Positions 34,801 through 47,692 of a stretch of DNA of 64,000 bases are shown one piece after another. Under the pieces are notes generated by a model, which made no database searches, was not told where the DNA came from, and saw only the letters and a program-made list of their open reading frames with translations. Every line of letters begins with the position of its first letter. Within the stretch, counting starts at the first letter, position 1. Position numbers and translations under genes: made by a program. This DNA comes from Amphiscolops sp. MND2022 (Eukaryota): contig OZ076409.1 in NCBI GenBank assembly GCA_964187785.1, positions 75,146,001 to 75,210,000 of the forward strand. Direction: 5' to 3'.

Positions 34801-36433
34801 ATTAGTACACTTTGATGTCATTTGAGTATTTTTTTCTTCTATATAATAACTGTTTTTATGTATTTATTCCAATTTATCTCATCTTTCAACATCAAGCAGT
34901 TGAGTACATTTCATCTCCCTTTCGGGGGAGATGAGAATGTACTCGCTAAAAACCTACTGCTATGGCGCCAATGTTTGGATGGGAAGTTTTCTTTGCTTTG
35001 AAAAAAGTTATTTTTAATTACTTGATTTTTTAAAACAATAATTAACATGAAGTACATTACTTGCTCCTACTACTACCACCATACATCTCTAACGTCAACG
35101 CCCCCTGCTTGCATCAACGCCCCATCGTCCGTGGGCATGCCGAGGCATGCCCTTCGACGACGTATGCCAAATGCCCAGTGCCACGCAGTCTTTTCCCGCT
35201 AGGTGGCCGTGTCTTTTCGACGTGCTTTTGCATTGAGGAGTGGGTAGGGCCCCGCGACGACCTAGAAGAATTGGATGCTCACCGAAACGTGCAGAATTCT
35301 ACGAGATCTCATAGTTTGAGCCATACGATTTTTCTGAAATTTGGCATGTGGCCTGGAATTGGTGAGTAGGTAAAACGTGTAGGAGGTGATTTTTCCCAAA
35401 TTCCACTGTGAGACGAGATATGGGCAAATAACGGTCCCAAAAATGGCAAAAATGCACTTTTTTCAACTTTGTCAGCCCATATCTCGTTCCCAGGTGCCCG
35501 GAGCGGGACGCGTTAAGCTGATTATAAACTCTAGGGTGTTGAGGCTGTACGGGGAAGTCAGGCCCGTTCCGATCGGACTTGTAGTCTTGGAGAAATAACG
35601 GTATTTTTGGGGAACCTTTTCTAACGGTCCAGCTTATCTTTGCCATTTTTTCGAAAATGTACTCGCCTAAAGGCCTCCCCCTGGCCGAATTTACTCCCAG
35701 CAAAACCATTTGGCCCTAAATACGGAGTTTCAGCGTTCCAGCATTCCCGGGCGAAAAGTTGTGGGACTTGGAAAATTTTCAAAAATTTTCAAAAATTTTT
35801 TTTTCGTTTTCCGGGCCCCCAATGAAGGGGAAACGACCCCCCAACCAGTATTTTGAGTGAATTCATGTGGAAAGCCCTTGTTTTGACGAGAAAAGTACCG
35901 TTTAGAACATCTTTTTATCTTGACTCAACGTTGACTTATGACGTTTTGAATGTGATGTAAGGATGTAGGAGGCATGTGATAAGTTGATGTTTTGAGTCTT
36001 TATCTCATATGAAAGCGGTTGAGATGCAAGCTGTCCTGCTCAAAACGTCTTTCGTTGTAATTTTCCAGTGCACCAATACCCTTTGGTGTCATATAAACAT
36101 ACTTTTCGTCGATATATTAACAATTTTAATGTATTTATTCCAATTTTTATTATCTTTTAACTCAAAACAGTTGAGTACATTTCATCTCCCTTTCGGGGGA
36201 GATGAGAATGTACTCGCTAAAGACCTAGCGCCATGACCAAAAGTTTGAAACCCACGTTTTTTTTTTTAAAAATTAATATACTTGAAATACATTACTTGAC
36301 TTTACTACTACAACCCACCTCCAACGACAACGCCCCCCTGCTTGCATCAACGCCCACCGTCCGTGGGCATGCCGAGGCATGCCCTTCGACGACGTATGCC
36401 AAATGCCCAGTGCCACGCAGTCATTATCGCTAG
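28802..36433 (+). mobile_element. Six non-autonomous ~1.28-kb units
   Basis: Unit lengths are 1275, 1288, 1280, 1275, 1283 and 1231, with the same core and junctions. Unit 33920-35202 is nearly identical to unit 10119-11400. Confidence 0.85.
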
Positions 36434-38609
36434 GTGGATGGTATTTTATAACAATTAAAGTGTTTTTTTCCGGAGTTTGTGGCTTTGGAAAAAACAAAAG
36501 GCGAGAAATTGGGCACTCCAGGCTGAACCTAAAAACACCCTAAAATTCGCCCGATTTTTTCACGATCTCGAAACCCAACCGTACGATTTGGCTGAAAATT
36601 TGCATGTGGCTCCTAATCAATGAGTAATGAAAAAGTGTAGAAGTGACTTTTCCTGGGAAAATTGTTTTTGTTGCACTTTTTGCGCAATTTTTGACCGATT
36701 GTTGCGTTTTTTATGTCACTTTTGACTTTTCAGGCAAAAAACTCATGGATGCTTTGATCCTAGCGCATCCAGTGTTTCGAACAAAAAGTTGAAGCATGTT
36801 CTTTTACGTATGTTGTGAAAATTTGGTTGCCATCGTATCACCCCCCACTGAGATAGAGGGGAACTTCCGGTGGATTTTAGCACCCTAAAAACGAGGACCT
36901 CCTAAATTTCAGCATGAAGCGGTAGTTTTAGCGTGCTCATACCCTGCTGAAGTTTTGTTGGGCATATTGAGATAGTCATGATATCATGTGTTCAGTTCAC
37001 CCCCCATCACCCCCTGGACCGGAAATGAACTTTTTTTGCACTATCATACCGGAAGTCTCCAATTTCACCGTTAAGCAGTTCTTGTACGAGCAACTACCAG
37101 GACATCAAAATTGAAGTACCACCTGAGGTTAACGTAGTGACTACGTGTTGTCCAGTCATAGGTTCCGATATGACCGGAAATGGGGTCAAAACCCCCTTTT
37201 TTGGTTGTTTTTTAGCAATTTGGCTAGTGTTTAGTCCACATTCAAGTCGCGTAAGTCAATTGAACCAGTGTCAGAATAAACTGTATGCTCACTGCGTAGA
37301 CGTAACTTACACTGACAGATACCGGAAGTAACCCCCCGTGACCGGAAGTTGTCATTTTTGACCGGAAATGGTCCAAAATGTAGCGTAAAATCAGTTTTTC
37401 ACTGCTTTTTAAAGTCAACCAATGACTTTTTCAATCTCCTCGAGCTTGTATTCAGGTTCCTCTTTGTTACCCGTGCACTTTGCAACAAATACACATCTGT
37501 AAAATATTTTCTATAATATCGTCGGATAGAAAAATAACGTGTTTTTGGGACTTTTTTCAAAAATATTAGACTATATCTGTCATTTTTACCCAAAGTTTTT
37601 CTACAGTGCAACCACAGTGGTTAGTCTCTGCCCAAATTTATGCCTAAAAAACTATTTGGCCCATTGGCCTCAGTTTGAGCGTTCCAGCTTTGCGTGATCA
37701 TAAGCTAAGGAACTTGAAAAATTTTCAAACTTTTTTCAAAAAAAAATTTCTCACATTCATGTCTCCCAAAGTGAAGAAACTTCCACACAACTAGGATTGC
37801 AAGTGGATGCATGTGGCAAGCCCTATATTTGAAGAGAAAAATGCCACTTAGAACGTCTCTTTAACGTAACTTGCCGTTAACGTATGCTGCTTTGAATGCG
37901 AGCTTGATAAGAGGTCGAGTATCAAATTGTGTAAATGGAACGTATGTCTCGTCGAAAACTCATCGGAATTCATGCAATGAACCCCAACTGTCCTCAATTG
38001 CAATTCCCTACTGCAACAACGTCTTTATGGTACATTTTACCCATTTTCATCAGTGTCAAACTTATTTTTAAAATCAGTTAGCAAGAAACACTTGAGTACA
38101 TTTTCATCTCTCCCCAGCGGGTGAGATGAGAATGTTCTTGCTAATTGCCAGGCACTACGGCCCCCTTTTGTTTTAATGCGACGCATTCTCTGCTTTAACA
38201 CATAGATATTTTATTTCGCTTGATTTTTTGTATACTCTCTGACTTGTTATTATAAGTTTCTCGTCATTACTTTACATAAATTTACAACCATAAAACGTTA
38301 TCGTCAACGCCACAAGCATTTAGACACCCACAATTCCGTAGGTATGTCGAGGCATACCTTTCGATTACGTATGTCAAACGCAAACGCGATAAAAAGTGCT
38401 GAAATTCTGAAACAGTGGCAAACAATTTTGACTATTTGACATATGGTAGGTTTTTATATGGAATTTACACATCACTGACATTTCACAACATTCCAGCTGA
38501 CGCCCACATACCAACATCAACGCCCACCGTCCGTGGGCATGCCGAGGCATGCCCTTCGACGACGTATGCCATTTTTTTTGTATCTACACCCGATTGCGGT
38601 AACGGCTAG
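36434..38609 (+). mobile_element. Non-autonomous ~2.18-kb unit
   Basis: 2176 bp between CTAG|GTG junctions. It is closely similar to 49880-52059 and carries a decayed and an intact terminal hairpin. Confidence 0.85.
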
Positions 38610-39998
38610 GTGGTTGGGGCGGTCCCCAGAACGCACAAGGAGGCGCGGGGAGGGTCCTGCGCCGACGTAGAATAATTTCATATAATACTAGTATCCTACA
38701 TGGGTGTTTTAGAGGCGATTTTGGAATCTAACCGTAGGATTTGGATAATTTTTTGCATGCGGCCATAACTCAAAATTCTAAGAACTTTTTCCTACTGTCA
38801 TTTTCCCCGCAAATTGTTTTTTGTTGACTTATGGCCGAAAAACCGGAAATAACGTCCTTTTTAGACGTTATATCCGAAGTGTCGTCATAACTTTTTTCCA
38901 GGGCATGCTAGCGTTCTCGTTCACTTTTACACTTAGTTGCAGCATCTCAAAATACAACTGGTGGAAAATTTTGGTTGCTTTCGGATCACCCCCCACCGAG
39001 ATAGAAGGGTTCCCCCCTCCAGTTTTACCCCCCAAATTTGCAAAATAGCCAATTTTGAGCATGAAGCCGAGGATTTAGCGTACCCATACCCTCCTGATGT
39101 TTTGTTGTACGTATTGGGGTCAATCTGACGACATGTGTGGTTTTCACCCCCAACCCCCTCTTGGACCGGAAATGACACTTTTTTGTGTTTTTCGGCAGAA
39201 TTTAGCCTTTTTCATTATTAGGCAGTCGTTTTAGGGACTCCTAGCAGGATATCGAAATTGAAATACGACCTGATCACAACCCAGTGACAACATAGTGACA
39301 ACTTGGAGGTATCATCATGACCGGAAGTGGGGTCAACCCCCCTTTTTGTGACCGCTTTTTGACCTTGTGCACCAAAATGCCAACATCTTGAGGCCTAATG
39401 AGGCATTCAAATCTGTACCAAGATAAAATGTTAGACAACCGAAGTCCCGGAAGATCTTAAGCATATACCGGAAGTTACCCCCCATGACCGGAAGTTACCC
39501 AATGTGACCGGAAATGGTCCAAAAATTAATGTAAAGTTGAATTTTTCACTATTTCAAGACCACTTAATTGAAACTTTTCAATCTATAAACTAGCGTACTG
39601 GCTTGTTTTGCTGAATTTATGGAAATTGATGAGCTCTATCGCCCCCGATAGCCTTCGAAGTTGACCTTGCGTCAACTTTGTAGGCTATCGATAAAGAAAA
39701 ATGAACAACAAAGTACATTGTTGCTCTCGTTTTTTTCCCGTTGTTTTTCCTCAAACATTCTTGAGACATATACATGGCCGTTAGTTGAAATCAATATTTA
39801 GCCCATGTTATAGCTGGAGCAGCGAAGCGTTACACAGACTAGTGTGGTTTTGAAATCACACTATTTAAATTAACAACTGACCGTCTTAGTCAACTCCACA
39901 CATTCATACCAACGCCCACCGTCTGTGGGCATGCCGAGGCATGCCCTTCGACGACGTATGACGAATGCACTCCAACGACACCCGCAGTCCTCAGCTAG
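38610..39998 (+). mobile_element. Divergent non-autonomous 1389-bp unit
   Basis: It has a GTG start, a 5' hairpin at 38642-38663, the terminal hairpin and CTAG. The body is related to the 2.18-kb and 6.5-kb families and lacks the 1.28-kb core. Confidence 0.8.
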
Positions 39999-42900
39999 GT
40001 GGCCGGAAATTTTTTTTTTCAGCAAAATCTTTGCCATTGGGGGAGGGGCCCCGGATGGCCAGTAGTACGGCATAGCTCCCTACGGAATCCAGGCAGAAAA
40101 AACGTGATTTCGGAAACTAGCCGTCAGAATTTGCTCAAATTTTGCACACGGCTTCCTATAACAATCCTAAGAACTAATCCCTACTGGCATTTTGCCCAAA
40201 AAACGCAAAAAGTTGGTCAAAATCTTAGTTTTTTGGTCAAAAAATGGCGTTTTTTCGAAAAAAAAAATTTTCAGAGACAATTACTCGTAACTGGTTCACC
40301 CAGCGCAAAAACGCCTAGCTGATTTATTGTTGGGCACTTCATGAGGAGTGCGTATACAAATTTTCGTCCAGATCAGAAAAGAAATGACTAAGTATTAGCC
40401 GGAATTCGGACGCATTTTTTCGCAAATTTTTGAAAACCTAGTCTATCTCTGCCGTTTTTTGCCCAGATTTTTTTCCAGGTCCTCTCCTAAAGGCCTCCCC
40501 TGGCCGGTTTACTTCCCAGAAAAACCATTTGGCCCTAAATACGGAGTTTCAGCGATCTAGCATTCCCGGGCGAAAAGATGTGGGACTTAGAAAAAATTCA
40601 AAATTTTTCAAAAATTTTTTTTTTCGTTTTCCGGCCCCCCAATGAAGGGGAACGACCCCCCAACGAGGATTTTTGGTGAATTCACGTGGAAAGGCCTTGT
40701 TTTGTGGAGCAAATTGCCGTTTAGAGCAACTTTTTATCTTAACTTGACGTTGACCTCTGTCGTTTTGAATTTGATATTAGTATGTGTTGAGCATGTGAAA
40801 AGTTGATGATTTCAGTTGTTCTCTCGTGTTCAAGCCATTGAGATACAAGCGGTAGTGATCAAAATGTGATTTATCGCAATTTGATGGTGCTTTTGGTGTA
40901 TTTTGATTCTTTTAAATAAAAAGTTGTTCTTTATATATTTGGTGTATTGATTCAAATGAACAAGAAACAGTTGAGTACATTTCATCTCCCCCCTTGTGGG
41001 GGAGATGAGGATGTACCCGCTAAATGACACGCACAATGGCCCAATTTTATTTTTATGCGACATTTTCTAGGCTTTTGCGCAAGCCCACTAAAATTTAGAC
41101 TGGTTTCCTTTTCTTTTACTCCAAAATTTTCCGTACTAACCACCTTACGCACCACCAGCTCAACTTAACATCTGTAACGTCAACGCCACACACTCTCACT
41201 AACGCCCACCGTCCGTGGGCATGCCGAGGCATGCCCTTCGACGACGTATGCCAAATAGCGCCACAGGGCGCAAACATTCCCGCTAGGTGGCCGGAAATTT
41301 TTTTTTTCAGCAAAATCTTTGCCATTGGGGGAGGGGCCCCGGATGGCCAGTAGTACGGGATAGCTTCCTACCAAATCCAGGCGGAAAAAACGTGATTTCG
41401 GAAACTAGCCGTCAGAATTTGCTCAAAATTTGCATACGGCTTCCTATGACAATCCTAAGAACTAATCCCTACTGGCATTTTGCCCAAAAAACGCAAAAAG
41501 TTGGTCAAAATCTTAGTTTTTTGGTCAAAAAATGGCGTTTTTTCGAAAAATTTTTTTTCAGAGACAATTACTCGGAACTGGTTCACCCAGCGCAAAAACG
41601 CCTAGCTGATTTATTGTTGGGCACTTCATGAGGAGTGCGTATACAAATTTTCGTCCAGATCGGAAAAAAAATGACTAAGTATTAGCCGGAATTCGGACGC
41701 ATTTTTTCGCAAATTTTTGAAAACCTAGTCTATCTCTGCCGTTTTTTGCCCAGATTTTTTTCCAGGTCCTCTCCTAAAGGCCTCCCCTGGCCGGTTTACT
41801 TCCCAGAAAAACCATTTGGCCCTAAATACGGAGTTTCAGCGTTCTAGCATTCCCGGGCGAAAAGATGTGGGACTTCGAAAAAATTCAAAATTTTTCAAAA
41901 AATTTTTTTTTTCGTTTTCCGGCCCCCCAATGAAGGGGAACGACCCCCCAACGAGGATTTTTGGTGAATTCACGTGGAAAGGCCTTGTTTTGTGGAGAAA
42001 ATTGCCGTTTAGAGCGACTTTTTATCTTAACTTGACGTTGACCTCTGTCGTTTTGAATTTGATATTAGTATGTGTTGAGCATGTGAAAAGTTGATGATTT
42101 GAGTTGTTCTCTCGTGTTCAAGCCATTGAGATACAAGCGGTAGTGATCAAAACGTGATTTATCGCAATTTGGTGGTGCTTTTGGTGTATTTTGATTCTTT
42201 TAAATAAAAAGTTGTTCTTTATATATTTGGTGTATTGATTCAAATTAACAAGAAACAGTTGAGTACATTTCATCTCCCCCCTTGTGGGGGAGATGAGGAT
42301 GTACCCGCTAAATGACACGCACAATGGCCCACTTTTACTTTTATGCGACGTTTTCTAGGCTTTTGCGCAAGCCCACTAATATTTAGACTGGTTTCCTTTT
42401 CTTTTACTCCAAAATTTTCCGTACTAACCACCTTACGCACCACCAGCTCAACCTAACATCTGTAACGTCAACGCCACACACTCTCACTAACGCCCCCCGT
42501 CCGTGGGCATGCCGAGGCATGCCCTTCGACGACGTATGCCAAATAGCGCCACAGGGCGCAAACTTGTCCGCTAGGTGCCGGTGTTTTTTTACACAATGGG
42601 GGAAGTTGCGCGTGTGGGGAGGGTCCCTGACGCGCTTCCGTGGTATCGGGTCTTTCAACCGATGAAAACGACATAAAAAATTGGGATCTCGTAAACTAGC
42701 CATACGATTTGGCTGAAATTTGGCACACGTACCCCCCTCGGCACGGTGAAGATGATTCCCTACTGACGTTTTTCCCGCTAAACATTTTTTGTTGACCAAA
42801 ATAACGGTTTTTGGGGTAAAATTTTCAACTTTTTTTAAATTTCATCTTATATCTCGCCACGGGTACACGCTAGCGCTTCCAAACCTTGCTGACGAAAGTT

Positions 42901-45900
42901 TGCAAACTGTCTCAGGAATGCTGTGTGAAATTTTCAGCTCAATCGGACTCAAACTCGGGGAAATATAGCGTTTTTCCGGAGCGGGGGGGTTTCATTTTTC
43001 TAACGGTCCAGCTTATCTTTGCCATTTTTTCGAAAATGCACTCGCCTAAAGGCCTCCCCTGGCCGGTTTTATTCCCAGCAAAACCATTTGGCCCTAAATA
43101 CGGAGTTTCAGCGTTCCAGCATTCCCGGGCGAAAAGTTGTGGGACTTAGAAAATTTCAAAAATTTTCAAAAAAATTTTTTTCCGTCATTTGGGCCCCCAA
43201 AGTGGGGGAAAAGACCCCCCAACCAGTAAGGCAAGTGAATGCATGTGCAAAGCCCTTGTTTAGAGGAGAAAAATGCCGTTTAGAACGTCTTTTTATCTTG
43301 GCTCAACGTTGACTTATGACGTTTTGAAGGTGATGTTTGGAGGTGTAAAGCACGTGAATAGTAAACGTTATGAGTATTTATCTGATCTGAAAGCCATTGA
43401 GATGCAATATGGTTTGCTCAAAACGTAATTCATGGCAGTTTGGCAATCAATAAACACCCTTTGTTGTCGTTTGACATACTTTTTTGTTGTTATAATAAAA
43501 AATTTTGTGTATTTATTCATTTTTTTCTCATCAAATAACTTGAAACAGTTGAGTACATTCCATCCCCCCTTCCGGGGGAGATGAGAATGTACTCGCAAAA
43601 AGCACCGAACTACGGCCCTTACCTTCCCGAGCTACGCAGTATAAGGATTACATATTGGTTCCGACATTTTCATAGAGTTAAATCTTGGTAATCTGTCTGG
43701 ATATGCAGAAAAACCAGCACGTGCTTTTTTATACCAAGTTGCTTACAACGACAATTATTTTATATCAACGCCCCCATATTTATCAACGCCCCCCGTCCGT
43801 GGGCATGCCGAGGCATGCCCTTCGACGACGTATACCAAGATATGTTCGAGCGCGTTAGCCTAGGTGCCGGGATTTCTATTCGATAAAGTATGTGGCGCGC
43901 CTTGGGTAGGGTCCCTTGCGCGCTCTTGGGTATGGTGTTCACCAGCTAGGAAACAGGGGTCGATTTTTCGGGATCTCCTAAACTAGCCACACGATTTGGC
44001 TGAAATTTGGCACACCTACTCCCCTCGGCACGGTGAAGATGATTTCCTACTGACGTTTTTCCCGCAAAATTTTTTTTGTTGTCCAAAATAACGGTTTTTG
44101 GGGTAAAATTTTGAATTTTTTTTAAATTTTATCTTATATCTCGCCACCGGTTTACGCTAGCGCTTCAAAACCTTGCTAAAGAAAGCTTGCAAACTGTCTC
44201 AGGAATGCGGTGTGAAATTTTCAGCTCAATCGGACTTAAACGCAGGGAGATATAGCGTTTTTCCGGAGCGGGGGGTTTCATTTTTCTAACGGTCCAGCTT
44301 ATCTTAGCCATTTTTTCGAAAATGTACTCGCCTAAAGACCTCCCCTGGCCGGTTTTATTCCCAGCAAAACCATTTGGCCCTAAATACGGAGTTTCAGCGT
44401 TCCAGCATTCCCGGGCGAAAAGTTGTGGGACTTAGAAAATTTCAAAAATTTTCAAATTTTTTTTTTCGGTTTTCCGCCCTCCCCCCCGAGGGGAAAAGAC
44501 CCCCCAACCAGTAATTTGAGTGAATTCATGTGGAAAGGCCATGTTTAGAGGAGAAAAATCCCGTTTAAATCGTCTTTTTATCTTTATTCAACGTTGACTT
44601 ATGACGTTTTGAAGGTGATGTTTGGAGGTGTGAAGCACGTGAAAAGTAAACGTTATGAGTATTTATCTGATCTGAAAGCCATTGAGATGCAACCTGTTTT
44701 GCTCAAAACGTAATTCATATCAGTTTTGTAGTCAATCAACACCCTTTGTTGTCATTTGACATCTTTTTTTGTTGATATAAGAAAAACTTTCGTGTATTTA
44801 TTAATTTTTTTCTCATCAAATAACTTGAAACAGTTGAGTACATTCCATCCCCCCTTCACGGGGGAGATGAGAATGTACTCGCAGAAAGCACCGAACTACG
44901 GCCCTTACCTTCCCGAGCTACGCAGTATAAGGATTACATATTGGTTCCGACATTTTCATAGAGTTAAATCTTGGTAATCTGTCTGGATATGCAGAAAAAC
45001 CAGCACGTGCTTTTTTATACCAAGTTGCTTACAACGACAATTATTTTATATCAACGCCCCCATATTTATCAACGCCCCCCGTCCGTGGGCATGCCGAGGC
45101 ATGCCCTTCGACGACGTATACCAAGATATGTTCGAGCGCGTTAGCCTAGGTGGTCGGGAATCTTTCCTACCTGATGCTTTGAGGGCGGGGTAGGGCCCCC
45201 TGCCCGATCCTAATCCTTAGGATTTTAAACATAAGGCGCTTTCAAGATGAAACGACGATTTCGAAAACTAACCTTACGATTTGGCTGAAATTTTGCATGC
45301 GGCTCCCTATGACAGATATAAGAACAAATCCCTAGTGGCATTTTGCTGGGAAAATTCAGTTTTTGGGTCAAAATCACTATTTTAGGTCCAAAAAATGGCG
45401 TTTTTTCGGAAAATTTTTTTTCAAGAGCCAATATCTCGCCCCCAGGTGCTCGGAGCGGGTCGCATGTGAACGTTGATATTGCTGGGCACTTCGTAAGGAG
45501 TCCGTAGACAAATTTTCGTACAGATCGGATAAAAATTGACTGAGTAATAGAAAACTTTGAAAGGCATTTTGTCGAAAATTTTTGAAATCCCAGTCTATCT
45601 CTGCCGTTTTTTGCCCAGATTTTTTTCCAGGACCTCTCCTAAAGGCCTCCCCTGGCCAGTTTACCTCCCAGAAAAACCATTTGGCCCTTTTGCCGCAGTT
45701 TCAGCAATCCAGGATTCCCCGGGTAAAAGTAAAATGACTTAGAATTTTTTCGAAAAATTTTCAAAAAAATTTTTTTCAACTTCAGGCCTCCCAAAGTCAA
45801 GAAACGTCCACACAACTAGTATTGCAAGTGGATGCATGTGGAAAGTGCTCGAATAGACGAGAAAAATGAGCTATTATAAACCTCTGTAGGTCAACCTGAC

Positions 45901-47692
45901 GTTGACTTATGACAATTTTAGTGTGAGCTTGCTAAGTGACAAAAAATTTCAAAAATTGAAAATCGAAGCATAGTCTCATCCAAACTCCTCGGAATACGTT
46001 CAATCCAAGCCAGAGCGGATTAAATCCAGCTATATAGTGCAGCAACACCATTCAAGTTGTTTTTGACTCCTTTTAATAAGTTTTGACACTGTCTTATTCA
46101 TCCGAAAGTTCGAAACAGTCAAGTACATTCCATCTCCCTTTAGGGAGATGGTAATGTACTCACCAAAAACCAAGTAATATTGCCCTTTTTATACCTGGAA
46201 AGGCCCTAGAAATGCAGTAGCGTGAGCTCCAGGTCGTTTGCAGTAGCCTTCACGTGTGTTGTGACTTTGCTATAAAACTAACTATGTTACTAAAAGTGAA
46301 AAAAATTTCTCTTCAAAAGCTATTATATTTACACGTTTTGTTATCCAAATACAATTACTAAACAAATAGCGCCCCCTTGTCCACTGTTCAACCGTGCACG
46401 TCTAGGTGCCGGGACTTCTATTCGATAAAGTATGTGGCGCGCCTTGGGTAGGGTCCCTTGCGCGCTCTTGGGTATGGTGTTCACCAGCTAGGAAACAGGG
46501 GTCGATTTTTCGGGATCTCCTAAACTAGCCACACGATTTGGCTGAAATTTGGCACACGTACCCCCCTCGGCACGGTGAAGATGATTTCCTACTGACGTTT
46601 TTCCCGCAAAATTTTTTTTGTTGTCCAAAATAACGGTTTTTGGGGTAAAATTTCGAATTTTTTTTAAATTTTATCTTATATCTCGCCACGGGTTTACGCT
46701 AGCGCTTCAAAACCCTGCTAAAGAAAGCTCGCAAACTGTCTCAGGAATGCGGTGTGAAATTTTCAGCTCAATCGGACTCAAACTCAGGGAGATATAGCGT
46801 TTTTCCGGAGCGGGGGGGTTTCATTTTTCTAACGGTCCAGCTTATCTTAGCCATTTTTTCGAAAATGTACTCGCCTAAAGACCTCCCCTGGCCGGTTTTA
46901 TTCCCAGCAAAACCATTTGGCCCTAAATACGGAGTTTCAGCGTTCCAGCATTCCCGGGCGAAAAGTTGTGGGACTTAGAAAATTTCAAAAATTTTCAAAT
47001 TTTTTTTTTCCGTTTTCCGCCCTCCCCCCCTAGGGGAAAAGACCCCCCAACCAGTAATTTGAGTGATTTCATGTGGAAAGGCCATGTTTAGAGGAGAAAA
47101 AAGCCGTTTAGAACGTCTTTTTATCTTGGCTCAACGTTGACTTATGACGTTTTGAAGGTGATGTTTGGAGGTGTAAAGCACGTGAATAGTAAACGTTATG
47201 AGTATTTATCTGATCTGAAAGCCATTGAGATGCAACCTGTTTTGCTCAAAACGTAATTCATTGCAGTTTGGCAGTCAATCATCACCCTTTGTTGTCGTTT
47301 GACATACTTTTTTGTTGTTATAATAAAAAATTTTGTGTATTAATTCATTTTTTTCTCATCAAATAACTTGAAACAGTTGAGTACATTCCATCCCCCCTTC
47401 ACGGGGGAGATGAGAATGTACTCGCAAAAAGCCCCGAACTACGGCCCTTACCTTCCTGAGCTACGCAGTATAAAGATTGCATATTGGTTCCGACATTTTG
47501 ATAGAGTTATATCTTGGTAATCTGTCTGGGTATGCAGAAAAACCAGCACGTGCTTTTTTATACCAAGTTGCTCACAACGACATTTATTTTATATCAACGC
47601 CCCCATATTTATCAACGCCCCCCGTCCGTGGGCATGCCGAGGCATGCCCTTCGACGACGTATACCAAAATATGTTCGAGCGCGTTAGCCTAG
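39999..47692 (+). mobile_element. Six non-autonomous ~1.28-kb units
   Basis: Unit lengths are 1288, 1288, 1289, 1286, 1256 and 1287. The first two are a closely similar adjacent pair. Confidence 0.85.
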
